A DNA stretch of 43,429 nt from NCBI GenBank assembly GCA_041497675.1, contig JBGQGY010000013.1:1-43429 (forward strand), written 5' to 3'. The notes beneath the pieces are model-generated. The model searched no databases. It worked only from the letters and a program-made list of their open reading frames with translations, and had not been told where the DNA came from. Below, piece by piece: positions 27,732 through 37,232 of the stretch (its first letter is position 1; each line of letters begins with the position of its first letter). This DNA comes from a bacterium. Lineage in GTDB: Bacteria > Sysuimicrobiota > Sysuimicrobiia > Sysuimicrobiales > Humicultoraceae. A program made the position numbers and the translations under genes.

Positions 27732-29104
27732 TTATTGTGACAGCCCGACGCAATTGGGGAGTTGTTCTGGTTCTCGTGGTCGCCCTCTGCAGCCTGGGCA
27801 TGGCGGAGGTCATGGCAGCCTGGGCACTTGCGCCGGCAACGACCGGGCCACGGTTCAACATCAGAGACTACGGAGCGACGGGAGATGGCCTGACGGATGA
27901 TACCGTGGCGATCCAGGCTGCCATCAACGCCGCCCCGAACGGGGGAAGCACCATCTACTTCCCTGCGGGCACCTACATTTCCAACAATTTCCAGGTCGGG
28001 ACTCGCAACGGACTTCGCTTTGAAGGCGACGGGTTCGCCTCAGTGATCAAGCGGCCGCCCCGCGCGGGGAACACTCGTATCGCGACCTTTGCCGGCAGCT
28101 CCAACATCACCATTACGAACTTGGCTTTTGACGAAAATGGTATTCAGAACTATGGTGGTGTCAACTTCTTCGGTGTCAAGAACGTCACGATCGAAAACAC
28201 GCGTCACTTCGACAACAAGCCGGCGCCCTTGGGTCCAGGCAATTGGACCGATAGGTATTCGTACGTATTCGGCCAGGGAGGTGCGCCAAGTGAAGACATT
28301 GCAATCCGCAACAACACCATTGAGGACTTGCAGCTCGAGGTCGATTTCGCGCGACGAGTGACGATCAGTGACAATAGGGTGTCGCGCAGCTGCTGCACAG
28401 CCGGCATTGGTGGTTTTACCTTGAAAGACAACGCAGTGATGGAAGACTATACGATTGAGCGGAACGTCGTGGTGGACCCTCGGCCAAACGGTTTTGGCAT
28501 CGTGGTGGATCTGGATCCTCCTTCCACCAATAACGGTTCAATCCGACGGATCCGAATTGCGAACAACACAATCATCAGGCGCACCACCAATGGGAACGGT
28601 ATCATGATCGGCACGCCAAATAACTCTGTGACCACCAGGGCAAACGTGTTTGAAGACATCACGATTGTCGGGAATCGGTTCCAGGTGGAGCCGACGGCGC
28701 CGCGCCTACCGGACGACATGGCCGCGATCAAGGCAAACAATCGACCGGACACGGCCAACATCGTCTTCAATCGGTTTGCCATCACCGGAAATATCATGAT
28801 GAACGTGGGGTATGGCATGGATCTCCGATTTATCCGAAACTCCGTCATTTCGGGGAATGACATCCGAGGAGCGGGTCCAGGAATCGCCCTCACCGATCGT
28901 ATGAGCCACAACGAAGTCTCTGGCAACCTGGTCGATCCCCGCGGGGGTCTCGCCTACTTCATGTCTTTCTCCGGTGGCAACAATACGTTTGCGCGGAATC
29001 GGTACACGGGCCGGTCGTCCACCCCGCTGCAGGCGCGGGAGATGGCCGGCAGTGATCTGATCGAACAACCGACCCACGAACCAAATCCACCCGCCCAACC
29101 ATAA
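27728..29104 (+). CDS. Secreted right-handed beta-helix protein with Pectate_lyase_3-type N-terminus (putative polysaccharide lyase/hydrolase)
   Basis: Signal peptide; NIRDYGATGDGLTDDTVAIQAAI..IYFPAGTY; Asn-rich I.NN.I repeats. Confidence 0.8.
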   Translation: MIIVTARRNWGVVLVLVVALCSLGMAEVMAAWALAPATTGPRFNIRDYGATGDGLTDDTVAIQAAINAAPNGGSTIYFPAGTYISNNFQVGTRNGLRFEGDGFASVIKRPPRAGNTRIATFAGSSNITITNLAFDENGIQNYGGVNFFGVKNVTIENTRHFDNKPAPLGPGNWTDRYSYVFGQGGAPSEDIAIRNNTIEDLQLEVDFARRVTISDNRVSRSCCTAGIGGFTLKDNAVMEDYTIERNVVVDPRPNGFGIVVDLDPPSTNNGSIRRIRIANNTIIRRTTNGNGIMIGTPNNSVTTRANVFEDITIVGNRFQVEPTAPRLPDDMAAIKANNRPDTANIVFNRFAITGNIMMNVGYGMDLRFIRNSVISGNDIRGAGPGIALTDRMSHNEVSGNLVDPRGGLAYFMSFSGGNNTFARNRYTGRSSTPLQAREMAGSDLIEQPTHEPNPPAQP

Positions 29105-29122
29105 ATCGCGCCCACCTAGAGT

Positions 29123-30892
29123 GTGCCCGTGAATAATCTGCTTGGTTTCGCCGTAGCATTGCTATTGTCGCTCTCGATAACGGCAGTCGTGCGCCGGGTG
29201 GCCGTTCACGCCGCCCTCGTGGACGCGCCCCGCGGAGACCGCTGGCACCGGCGTGCGGTGCCGCGACTCGGGGGAATTGCCATCTACGTCGCCTTTACGG
29301 CGACCCTGCTCTTGATCCACCGACCGGCGGTGACGCCTGCGATGATCGGCCTCCTGATCGGCGGGGCCGCGATCTTCCTCGTCGGCCTGGTCGATGACCT
29401 GCGCCGGTTGGAGAATCGTACGAAGCTCATTTTGCTGATCGTGTGCGCCGTGATTCCCGCGATCGCCGGTATACGGTTCACATTCTTCCCGGTACTTCTC
29501 GGGGTGCCGCTCGCCGTCGTATGGATCCTGGGAATCACCAACGCCTTCAACTGGCTGGACAACATGGACGGTGTCGCCGCGGGGGTCGCGGCGATCGCGA
29601 CGCTGAATCTGGTGCTGTTCGACCTGTTCTTCAATGGAGGTACGGTGGCACCGCTCGCGCTGGTCCTAGCGGGCGCCGCCTTGGGATTCTTGGTGCACAA
29701 CCTGCCGCCCGCACGGATCTTCATGGGAGACTCGGGCAGCGGGTTCCTCGGGTTCACGGTGGCGACGATCGCGGTGATCGGCAGCTACCGGGACGTGTCG
29801 AACGTGCTGCTGGCGGTGCTCGTGCCGGCCATGATCCTGGCGGTGCCGATCTTCGACACGGCCATGGTCACATTGATGCGGGTCCTCAACCGCCGGCCGG
29901 TTTTCAAGGGCGGACGGGACCACCCGGCGCACCGACTGGTCGCGATGGGGCTCCCCGAACGCCGGGCGGTCGCACTGCTCTATAGCCTGAGTGCGCTGGC
30001 CGGCGCCTCAGCGCTGGTGGCTTCCCTCCCGGGGTTGCTGACCGGCGTGACCGTGTCGATCGTGCTCATCCTGGGCTTTGTGGCGCTGGGCGCCGTGTTG
30101 GGAGAGCTGCAGGTGTACGAAGAGTTGCCGTCCGGCAACGGCCACCACCGGACCGTGTTGCCCAGGCCCTTCCAGAACAAGAAGTGGATCGCCTTGATCG
30201 GGCTTGATCTGGTGCTGATAGCCATTGCGTACGTCTCGGCGCACCTGCTTCGCTTCGAAGGGCAACTGGCTGGGTCGATTGGTGTCATTGTGGCCGAGAC
30301 GCTGCCGATCATGCTGGCCGCCAAGATGGTCGGTTTCGCGCTGTTCGGCGTGTACCGCGGCTCCTGGCGGTACGCCGGGTTGGTCGATCTGGTGAAGCTT
30401 GTGCAGGGCGCGAGCGTCGGATCGCTGCTCGGTGTGGCGGCCTTGTTCGTGTGGATGCACTTGTACGGGATGTCCCGCACCGCACTGGTCATCGATTGGC
30501 TGCTGACGCTGCTCCTGCTGTCCGCGAGCCGATTGTCTTTCCGGCTGGTGCGCGAGTACCTGGCCGCACAGGCCGAGGCGGGCCGCCGGGCGCTGATCGT
30601 CGGGACGGGCGAGGCCGAGACCGGTCTACTGGATCTGTTGCGCGTGCACCGCCCGTTGGCGTATCAACCCGTTGGCTTCTTGGACGATGACCCATCGAGG
30701 CGGGGGGCGATGATTCAGGGCTTGCCGGTCCTTGGATCGTGGCGCGAGCTCAGGCAACTCATCCGTCGACACCACGTCGATGAGGTGCTGCTCACCCCCG
30801 CCTCTTGTCCGCCCGAGATCATCGAGGAAATTAGCGGCGTATGTCGGCGCGCCGGTGTCCGAGCTAGAAAAGTCTCGCTCGTCCTTGAGTAG
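29123..30892 (+). CDS. WecA/MraY-family polyprenyl-phosphate HexNAc-1-P transferase fused to a TM + CoA-binding-like C-terminal module
   Basis: PRLGGIAI, GLVDD, NAFNWLDNMDG, IFMGDSG, RDHPAHRL; C-terminal RALIVGTG...GFLDDDP...GLPVLG. Confidence 0.85.
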   Translation: MPVNNLLGFAVALLLSLSITAVVRRVAVHAALVDAPRGDRWHRRAVPRLGGIAIYVAFTATLLLIHRPAVTPAMIGLLIGGAAIFLVGLVDDLRRLENRTKLILLIVCAVIPAIAGIRFTFFPVLLGVPLAVVWILGITNAFNWLDNMDGVAAGVAAIATLNLVLFDLFFNGGTVAPLALVLAGAALGFLVHNLPPARIFMGDSGSGFLGFTVATIAVIGSYRDVSNVLLAVLVPAMILAVPIFDTAMVTLMRVLNRRPVFKGGRDHPAHRLVAMGLPERRAVALLYSLSALAGASALVASLPGLLTGVTVSIVLILGFVALGAVLGELQVYEELPSGNGHHRTVLPRPFQNKKWIALIGLDLVLIAIAYVSAHLLRFEGQLAGSIGVIVAETLPIMLAAKMVGFALFGVYRGSWRYAGLVDLVKLVQGASVGSLLGVAALFVWMHLYGMSRTALVIDWLLTLLLLSASRLSFRLVREYLAAQAEAGRRALIVGTGEAETGLLDLLRVHRPLAYQPVGFLDDDPSRRGAMIQGLPVLGSWRELRQLIRRHHVDEVLLTPASCPPEIIEEISGVCRRAGVRARKVSLVLE

Positions 30893-30902
30893 ACGACGAA
30901 GA

Positions 30903-30919
30903 GGTGCGGTCGCCGCACC
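30903..30919 (+). terminator. Small GC hairpin just after the last polysaccharide gene (possible terminator or stabiliser)
   Basis: GGTGCGG-TCG-CCGCACC; no U-tract. Confidence 0.3.
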
Positions 30920-30970
30920 GGGCAAATCTCTCCGAGGCTGAGACCCATGATCAGTCAGGGAGAGGGATAT

Positions 30971-31738
30971 ATGAACCGATTACAGCATCGGGCGGCACTC
31001 GTGACGGGTGGCGCACAGGGATTGGGGCGGGCGATCGCGGTGGCCCTCGCTCGCGAAGGCGCTGCGGTTGGCGTCGTCGACATCGACGCGACCGGCGCCG
31101 GCCGCGTGGCCGACGAGATCGTGGCGTCCGGCGGGTCGGCGCTGCCGCTGCAGGCCGATGTCAGTCGGGCAGATCAGGTACGCGACGCCGTGGCGCGAGT
31201 GATCGATTGGTACGGCCGCCTGGACGTGTTGGTCAACAACGCGATGTGGTCGCGCCGAGATCCCGTGGCTGATGTAACCGACGAGACCCTCGATCGTATG
31301 ATCGGAGTCGGTCTGAAGGCCATCTTCTGGACCGTGCAGGCCGCCCTGCCCCACCTGCGGGCCGTCGGCGGTGGGTCGATCATCAACATGGCATCGCTCG
31401 CCGGAGAAACGGGGTTCGCGGATACCTCCGTCTACTCGGCGGTGAAGGCCGGGATCATCGGGGTCACGCGCTCGCTGGCCGCGGAACTCGGGACCGCCGG
31501 CATCCGCGTCAACGCCATCTCGCCGGGTGCGATCCCCACGCAGGGGTCGCAGGCGACCATCGATGCAGCAGGGTGGGAGGCCCGCCGCCGGCGCACGCCG
31601 CTGGGACGCATCGGGGCCCCAGAAGACGTGGCCGGCGCCGCCGTCTTCCTAGCGTCAGATGAATCGGCCTTCGTCACGGGGGAGGTCGTGCGCGTCGACG
31701 GGGGGTGGGGGATGGCCGGCTCTGTCCCCTCGACGTAG
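30971..31738 (+). CDS. Short-chain dehydrogenase/reductase (FabG-like SDR)
   Basis: TGGAQGLG, LVNNA, YSAVK, IRVNAISPG, VDGG; GGAGAGGG SD before ATG 30971. Confidence 0.92.
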   Translation: MNRLQHRAALVTGGAQGLGRAIAVALAREGAAVGVVDIDATGAGRVADEIVASGGSALPLQADVSRADQVRDAVARVIDWYGRLDVLVNNAMWSRRDPVADVTDETLDRMIGVGLKAIFWTVQAALPHLRAVGGGSIINMASLAGETGFADTSVYSAVKAGIIGVTRSLAAELGTAGIRVNAISPGAIPTQGSQATIDAAGWEARRRRTPLGRIGAPEDVAGAAVFLASDESAFVTGEVVRVDGGWGMAGSVPST

Positions 31739-31778
31739 ACTCGGCCGCCGGTATCGTCCGCGATCGGGCAACGTACGC

Positions 31779-31824
31779 GACACAACGAGGCCGGGCGGCA
31801 TGCGCCGTCCGGCCTCGTTGTGTC
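31779..31824. terminator. Long hairpin between convergent SDR and CHRD genes, probable bidirectional terminator
   Basis: GACACAACGAGGCCGG(31779-31794)/CCGGCCTCGTTGTGTC(31809-31824) is a perfect 16-bp inverted repeat, with an inner GCGGC/GCCGT stem and 4-nt loop. Confidence 0.8.
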
Positions 31825-31841
31825 TTAGTGAATCTGGAACG

Positions 31842-32321
31842 CTAGCGGATCTGGCCGCGAATCTCTCCGCCCGGGTTCGCCTGCGTGTGGAACTGGACGT
31901 ATGCGTTGCCGGCGTTGATCGCGTTGATGAGTGCGCTCATCGGCTGGTTCGCCAGCGGTCCCACGAAGTTCGCCGGGGTGATCGTGCCCTGACTGACGAG
32001 CCCGCTGTACGACCCCGGGATCGCGACCGGCGGAGGCGCCGCAGGATACAGCCACACCGCGACCGGACCGGCTACGCCCGGCGCGGCGATGTGGATGTGA
32101 CCCATGATCACGTTCGTGATGCCGTTGAGATAGGCCCAGTAGGTTAGCCCGCTGGGTGTCATCTGGAAGATGGCCGTCGCGGTCGCCTGCGAGTTCACTC
32201 GTGGCACGCTCTCCCCCGCCGACAGATACGCCACCCACGATGTCTGCTGGGCGGTCGAGGTGCCCATCGAGGCCGAGGCCAACACCACGAGTATTGCGGC
32301 TATCAGGAGTGCTCTCCTCAT
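31842..32321 (-). CDS. Secreted CHRD-domain protein
   Basis: Signal peptide MRRALLIAAILVVLA; LSAGESVP, GHIHIAAPGVAGPV, AYVQFHTQANPGGEIRGQI are CHRD hallmarks. Confidence 0.9.
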   Translation of the reverse strand: MRRALLIAAILVVLASASMGTSTAQQTSWVAYLSAGESVPRVNSQATATAIFQMTPSGLTYWAYLNGITNVIMGHIHIAAPGVAGPVAVWLYPAAPPPVAIPGSYSGLVSQGTITPANFVGPLANQPMSALINAINAGNAYVQFHTQANPGGEIRGQIR

Positions 32322-32456
32322 ATCATGTCCCCCCACCACAAGATGGCAGAACCCGGGCGCGTGGCCCGGGGCCGCCTCACTCGCTCTTATCTACACTAAT
32401 CGTAGTCCTCGAGTGTCACAAGAGAGTAACGGACCCCGGCCCGCAGGGATTCACCG

Positions 32457-32482
32457 ATCGTGTATCGTATACAATTCACGAT
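32457..32482. promoter_or_regulatory. Putative GntR-family operator overlapping a -10-like TACAAT
   Basis: ATCGTATACAAT (32464-32475) is a near palindrome resembling the TGTATACA-type GntR box, flanked by the inverted pair ATCGTG/CACGAT; directly upstream of the gntR-family gene. Confidence 0.6.
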
Positions 32483-33218
32483 GCACAGCAATGCTGCTCT
32501 CCCGTTCTGGGTCGAAGCCGGGCGTCTGGGACTCGAGCCGATCCAGACCGTGTCGCTCCATCACCAGGTCCAGGCCTACATCTTGAAGGCCACCTATGAG
32601 GGGCGCCTGCGCCCCGGTGACCGGCTCAACGAGAGCACCATCGCACCGCAATTGGGCGTGAGCCGCACGCCCGTCCGCGAAGCCCTCACCTATCTGGAAA
32701 GCACCGGGTTGGTCGTTCGGCACCCTCGCCGCGGGTTCTTTCTCGCCTCCCTTTCGGCCCAGGATGCGGAACACTGCTATGCGGTGCGCCAGCTGCTCGA
32801 AGGCCACGCGTCGCGGCAGATCGCCGGGAGGCTCACGGACGCGCAGGTTGACACGCTGCAGGCGATCATCGAGACGATGGGTCGTGCGGTCGAAGCCGGC
32901 AACTGGCCGCAGGCCGCCGGCCACAACATCGCATTCCACGAGACGATCATCGGGATCGCCGGGAACCCGGTGCTCCTGCGTATGTGGCAGTCTGTCGGGC
33001 CGGTGCTCTGGTACTTTGACTCGCTGACGCGGAGGATCGTGGACGCGCGCGCCAAAGAAGGATTTGTCAGGCGGCATCGGGCACTGCTCGCAGCCCTACG
33101 CCGTGGCGACGCTGCCGGCGCCGAGGCCGCGTTCGTCTCACATATCGCGGATGTCAGGCGGATCGTCGTACGTCGTTTGCAGACCGTGCCCGTCAACAAG
33201 AGGGGGGAAGGACGATGA
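32481..33218 (+). CDS. GntR-family transcriptional regulator (FCD domain)
   Basis: LRPGDRLNE..IA.QLGVSRTPVREAL HTH; FCD with N.AFHE.I...AGN...H..L..AL..GD. Confidence 0.92.
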   Translation: MHSNAALPFWVEAGRLGLEPIQTVSLHHQVQAYILKATYEGRLRPGDRLNESTIAPQLGVSRTPVREALTYLESTGLVVRHPRRGFFLASLSAQDAEHCYAVRQLLEGHASRQIAGRLTDAQVDTLQAIIETMGRAVEAGNWPQAAGHNIAFHETIIGIAGNPVLLRMWQSVGPVLWYFDSLTRRIVDARAKEGFVRRHRALLAALRRGDAAGAEAAFVSHIADVRRIVVRRLQTVPVNKRGEGR

Positions 33219-34528
33219 GCAGGACGTTCAGGCGTGCAGCTCTGGTGCTGGTGGTGTTGCTCGGCCTCTCGGTACTGACAACCACCCCGCTACGCGCGCA
33301 GCAGCAGGTGATCCTACGCGTGCTCGACGAGGGCCCGCAGACTGGGCCGTGGGCCAAGTACGCGGCCGAGTACGAAAAGAGCACCAATGGTCGGGTGAAG
33401 GTCGAATGGATCGCGTCGCCGTGGCCCGGCATCCAGACCCGGCTGGCCACGAGTTTCGCGGCCGGGGACACGTCGATCGACATCGCGAAGACCTGGGGCG
33501 GCTGGACCGTTGAGTTCTGGCCGTTCTTCCAGTCGGTGGATGAGCGGTGGCCGGCCAAGGAGCGCGACAACCTGCTCTCGTATGCCCTTCATCCGGTCTC
33601 CGCAGCAGGGCACGTATTCGGCGCCCCGCGGCACGTGACGCTCTACTACTTCTACTGGAACAAGAAGATGTTCCGCGACGCCGGGCTCGATGCGGAGAAG
33701 CCGCCGCAGACGTACGACGAGCTCGTCGCGGTGTGCAAGAAGCTGACCAAGACCGGCCCCGACGGTCGCGTGGTCCAGTGGGGTTACGCGGAGAGCATGG
33801 ACGGCGGCTCACCGATGCTGAACACGTTCGAGCGATGGCTCTATCGGGCCGGTGGCGACATCCTCGACTCGCGAGGCAACCCCACGCTGAACGACCGCCG
33901 CGGCCTGCGGGCCCTCCAGGTCATCTACGATCTGATCTACACGCACAAGTGCATGGACCCGGGCGCAATGCAGTTGGGGAACCCCGCGACCCGTCAGGTC
34001 TTCAACGCCGGACGTGTCGCCATGATGTCCATGTGGGGATCCGGGTGGGCCGAATCAAACGATCCGAACCGGGCCACCAAGGATGTCATCGGCAACGTCG
34101 GCGTCACGATCCTCCCGGCGCTCGATCTGTCGATCACCCGCAGTGCGACGATCCACGGATCCGAAGGGTACGCGATCACCAAGGCGGCCGCCCGGCGCGG
34201 CGTGGCGGATGAGGCCTGGAAGCTCCTCCAATACATGACGTCGGAGACCGTACAGATCGAGGCGCTCAAGACGCGCGGGTACATGCCGCCGTCCTTGAGG
34301 CTCTACAATGATCCGGAACTGAAGCGTGACCCCTACTTGGCCCCGCTGATGGCGGCCACCATTGAAGCCGGCAAGTATCCGGTCAAACGGTTTGTCTGGT
34401 CGGACTACGGCAGGATCGAAGACACGGTGGAATCTGAGCTGCAGGCCGCGCTCCGCGGTCGCAAGCCGCTGCAGGCCGCGCTCGACACGGCGGCCCAGGC
34501 GATAGCCCGCATCCTCAAGGGTCCCTAG
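33215..34528 (+). CDS. ABC transporter sugar-binding protein (CUT1 family)
   Basis: Signal peptide; YWNKKMFRDAGLD..KPPQTYDEL, FNAGRVAMM. Confidence 0.88.
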   Translation: MSRTFRRAALVLVVLLGLSVLTTTPLRAQQQVILRVLDEGPQTGPWAKYAAEYEKSTNGRVKVEWIASPWPGIQTRLATSFAAGDTSIDIAKTWGGWTVEFWPFFQSVDERWPAKERDNLLSYALHPVSAAGHVFGAPRHVTLYYFYWNKKMFRDAGLDAEKPPQTYDELVAVCKKLTKTGPDGRVVQWGYAESMDGGSPMLNTFERWLYRAGGDILDSRGNPTLNDRRGLRALQVIYDLIYTHKCMDPGAMQLGNPATRQVFNAGRVAMMSMWGSGWAESNDPNRATKDVIGNVGVTILPALDLSITRSATIHGSEGYAITKAAARRGVADEAWKLLQYMTSETVQIEALKTRGYMPPSLRLYNDPELKRDPYLAPLMAATIEAGKYPVKRFVWSDYGRIEDTVESELQAALRGRKPLQAALDTAAQAIARILKGP

Positions 34529-34546
34529 CTGAACCCTGAAGGCGTC

Positions 34547-35434
34547 ATGCAGAGACGGCGTCGCCTGCGGCTGCAGGCGACGCCGTTCGTCTTGCTGGCG
34601 CCGGCCATCGCGCTGCTGGTGGCGGTCGCCGCCTATCCGCTCTTTGGCGCGCTGCGTCTGAGCCTGCTGCAGTTCCGGCTCAACACGCCTGTGCGGTTCG
34701 TCGGACTCGCCAACTACCAGCGCCTACTCCAAGACCCGCAGACCCTCGAGTCGCTGGGTATCACCGCCGTCTTTGTGGCCGGCAGCGTGACCACGGTCAT
34801 GGTCCTGGCCTACCTGCTCGCGCTGCTCCTGTATCAGGACTTCCCCGGACGCCGCATCGTAAGAGCCATCGTGTTGATCCCATGGGCGCTGGCGCCGGTC
34901 GTTAACAGCATCTTGTGGAAATCCATGTACGCGCCGACCTTTGGTCCGCTCAACGATATCCTCACGAGAACAAAAGTACTGGCGCAGCCGGTGAACTGGC
35001 TCATCGACTATCCGATGCACAGCCTGATCCTGGCCTATGTCTGGAAGGTGCTGCCCCTGCCGACCCTGCTGGTCCTGGCCGGTCTCGAGGGCATCCCCAA
35101 CGAGCTGTACGAGGCCGCCCAGGTGGATGGCGCCGGCTCCGTGCGTCGGTTTCGGTTCATTACGTTGCCGTTGATGCGCACCGTCAGCCTACTCGCGCTG
35201 ATCCTGATGCTCGTCGACTCGCTGCACGTCTTTGCGATCGTGGACCTGCTCACACGCGGCGGCCCGGGAGGCCGCACGATGGTGCTGAACTACAGCATCT
35301 TCCGCACGGCCTTCCGGTATCTCGACTTTGGCTATGGTGCGGCCATGGCCTTCGCGCTCACCGCGATCGTCCTGATCCTGGCGTTTTTCTACCTCCGTGC
35401 GTCGGCCGAAGCCGCCATGGTGACGGAGCGGTAG
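34547..35434 (+). CDS. Carbohydrate ABC transporter permease 1
   Basis: FVGLANY, EAA motif IPNELYEAAQVDGA, LTRGGPG, DFGYGAA. Confidence 0.92.
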   Translation: MQRRRRLRLQATPFVLLAPAIALLVAVAAYPLFGALRLSLLQFRLNTPVRFVGLANYQRLLQDPQTLESLGITAVFVAGSVTTVMVLAYLLALLLYQDFPGRRIVRAIVLIPWALAPVVNSILWKSMYAPTFGPLNDILTRTKVLAQPVNWLIDYPMHSLILAYVWKVLPLPTLLVLAGLEGIPNELYEAAQVDGAGSVRRFRFITLPLMRTVSLLALILMLVDSLHVFAIVDLLTRGGPGGRTMVLNYSIFRTAFRYLDFGYGAAMAFALTAIVLILAFFYLRASAEAAMVTER

Positions 35435-35449
35435 GCGCGGGGCCATCCG

Positions 35450-36283
35450 ATGAGACGACTTGCGCCTCGCCTGAAGCGGCTCTTCGTGTACGCGGCGGTG
35501 ACCGGTGTCGTGGTCTGGGCATTGTTTCCGATCTGGTGGGTGGGCACCAGCAGCGTGCGGCCGCAATATGAGATCGTCCAGACGCCTCTCCGGTATATCC
35601 CGCAGACGGTGACCGCGCGCAGTTACCGCATGGCGTTTGAGGATCCCGCGTTCGTGCGCGCGCTCCAAAACACGATCGCCGTGGCGGGTCTGACAACCAT
35701 GCTGGCCGTGGGGACGGGCGCGTGTGCCGCCTACGCCTTTGCGCGGTTCACCTTCCCCGGCAAGCGATCGCTGTTCCTGGCGATCTTTCTGCTGCGGATG
35801 GTGCCGGCGTTCACCCTGGCGATCCCGCTGTTCGTGACGTTGCGGGCATACGGACTCATCGATACGATCCTGGCCCTGGTGTTGACGCACACCATCTTGG
35901 TGCTGCCGGTGTGCATCCTGATCATGCGGACGTTTTTCGAGGGGCTCCCGGTAGCCTTCGAGGAGGCCGCGCTGGTCGATGGCGCCACTCGCTTCCAGGC
36001 GATGACGCGCGTCGTGCTGCCGCTGTCGGCGCCGGCGCTGGTGGTGGCCGCCGTCCTCTCCATGATCACGTCGTGGAATGACTATCTGTTTGGGCTGCTC
36101 TTCACACTGTCGAGGGCCCGCACGCTCATGGTCGCCATCGCCGACGTGGAAGGGGCCTTCTACGTCGACTACCCCTTGATCGTCGCGCGGGGCATGATCG
36201 GGTTGATCCCGCCCGTCGTGGCCGCGCTGTTGTTCCAGCGCTATCTGGTCCGCGGTCTGACCGGTGGCGCGATGACACAGTGA
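35450..36283 (+). CDS. Carbohydrate ABC transporter permease 2
   Basis: AAYAFAR..FPG, LPVAFEEAALVDGA, SWNDY, QRYLVRGLTGGA. Confidence 0.92.
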   Translation: MRRLAPRLKRLFVYAAVTGVVVWALFPIWWVGTSSVRPQYEIVQTPLRYIPQTVTARSYRMAFEDPAFVRALQNTIAVAGLTTMLAVGTGACAAYAFARFTFPGKRSLFLAIFLLRMVPAFTLAIPLFVTLRAYGLIDTILALVLTHTILVLPVCILIMRTFFEGLPVAFEEAALVDGATRFQAMTRVVLPLSAPALVVAAVLSMITSWNDYLFGLLFTLSRARTLMVAIADVEGAFYVDYPLIVARGMIGLIPPVVAALLFQRYLVRGLTGGAMTQ

Positions 36284-36302
36284 GGCCAGGGGAGCGTCCT
36301 TC

Positions 36303-37232
36303 ATGAAACTTGCGGCCTTTAGCAGCGACGGGCGAAACGGAATCGGCGTGGTGACCGGGGACGAGATTCTCGACCTGACCGCGGCGTGGCCCGCGCTGGC
36401 CGGCGCGGGCGGCGGACGGGCGCCGGAATCGATTATCGAGTTGTTGAATCCCGACGGCCTCGCGGCACTGTCCGCGCGTCTGTCGCAGGCGTCCGGCGCC
36501 GGCGCCAGGCGACACGTGCTCCCGCTGGACCGGGTCCAACTACACGCGCCGCTGCCACAGACGGGCAAGTTGCTCTGCGTCGCATCGAACTACGCGGCGC
36601 ACATCGCCGAGGCCGGGCGCGAGGCTCCGGTGGACCGCCACAAGATCACGCCCTGGTTGTTTCTCAAACCGGCGACGTCGATCATCGGACCCGGCGAGCC
36701 CATTCCTATCCCACGCATGGGTCAGGCCATCGACTGGGAGGTGGAGTTGGCCGCGGTCATCGGGCGGGGTGGCCGGCACGTCCCCGTTGAGCGGGCGCTG
36801 GACATCGTGTCCGGATACACGATCGTCAATGACATCTCGGAGCGACGCTTCAAGGTGCCCGAGGGGCGGCCGAAACGCGACTTCGATGCCTTCTTCGACT
36901 GGCTCCACGGCAAGTGGTTCGATGGGTTCGCGCCGATGGGCCCGTGGGTGGTCACGGCCGACGAGATCCCGGATCCGCAGGGCCTGGCGATCGAGCTGCG
37001 CGTGGACGGCCGGGTGCGGCAGCAGGGGTCGACCGGCGAGATGATCTATCCCGTCGCCGAGCTGGTGGCCTTTGCCTCGTCGATCATGACGCTGCTACCC
37101 GGCGATGTGATCGCGACGGGGACGCCGCACGGCGTAGGCGCCGCCACCGGGGAGTTCCTCAAGCCCGGCGCCACGGTGGAGTGCCGGGTGGAGCGGATCG
37201 GGACGCTGGTCAATCCGGTGGTCGCCGAATGA
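36303..37232 (+). CDS. Fumarylacetoacetate hydrolase (FAH) family protein
   Basis: NYAAH..E, FLKP, DWEVELAAVIG, NDISER, GK.FDGFAPMGP, GDVIATGTP.GVG. Confidence 0.92.
   Translation: MKLAAFSSDGRNGIGVVTGDEILDLTAAWPALAGAGGGRAPESIIELLNPDGLAALSARLSQASGAGARRHVLPLDRVQLHAPLPQTGKLLCVASNYAAHIAEAGREAPVDRHKITPWLFLKPATSIIGPGEPIPIPRMGQAIDWEVELAAVIGRGGRHVPVERALDIVSGYTIVNDISERRFKVPEGRPKRDFDAFFDWLHGKWFDGFAPMGPWVVTADEIPDPQGLAIELRVDGRVRQQGSTGEMIYPVAELVAFASSIMTLLPGDVIATGTPHGVGAATGEFLKPGATVECRVERIGTLVNPVVAE

Noticed and set aside
30925..30968. GGCTGAGACCC plus CTCTCC/GGAGAG pairing upstream of the SDR as a possible TPP riboswitch or SD-sequestering switch
   Set aside because: Too short, missing the conserved TPP junctions; a 6-bp pairing is expected by chance.
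35189..36568. Long minus-strand ORF (459 aa) and similar antisense ORFs (2272-3312, 7753-8790, 8684-9799, 37046-38152, 38191-39261, 39111-40199)
   Set aside because: Shadow ORFs opposite well-supported + strand genes in high-GC DNA; Arg/Pro/His-rich with no recognisable motifs.
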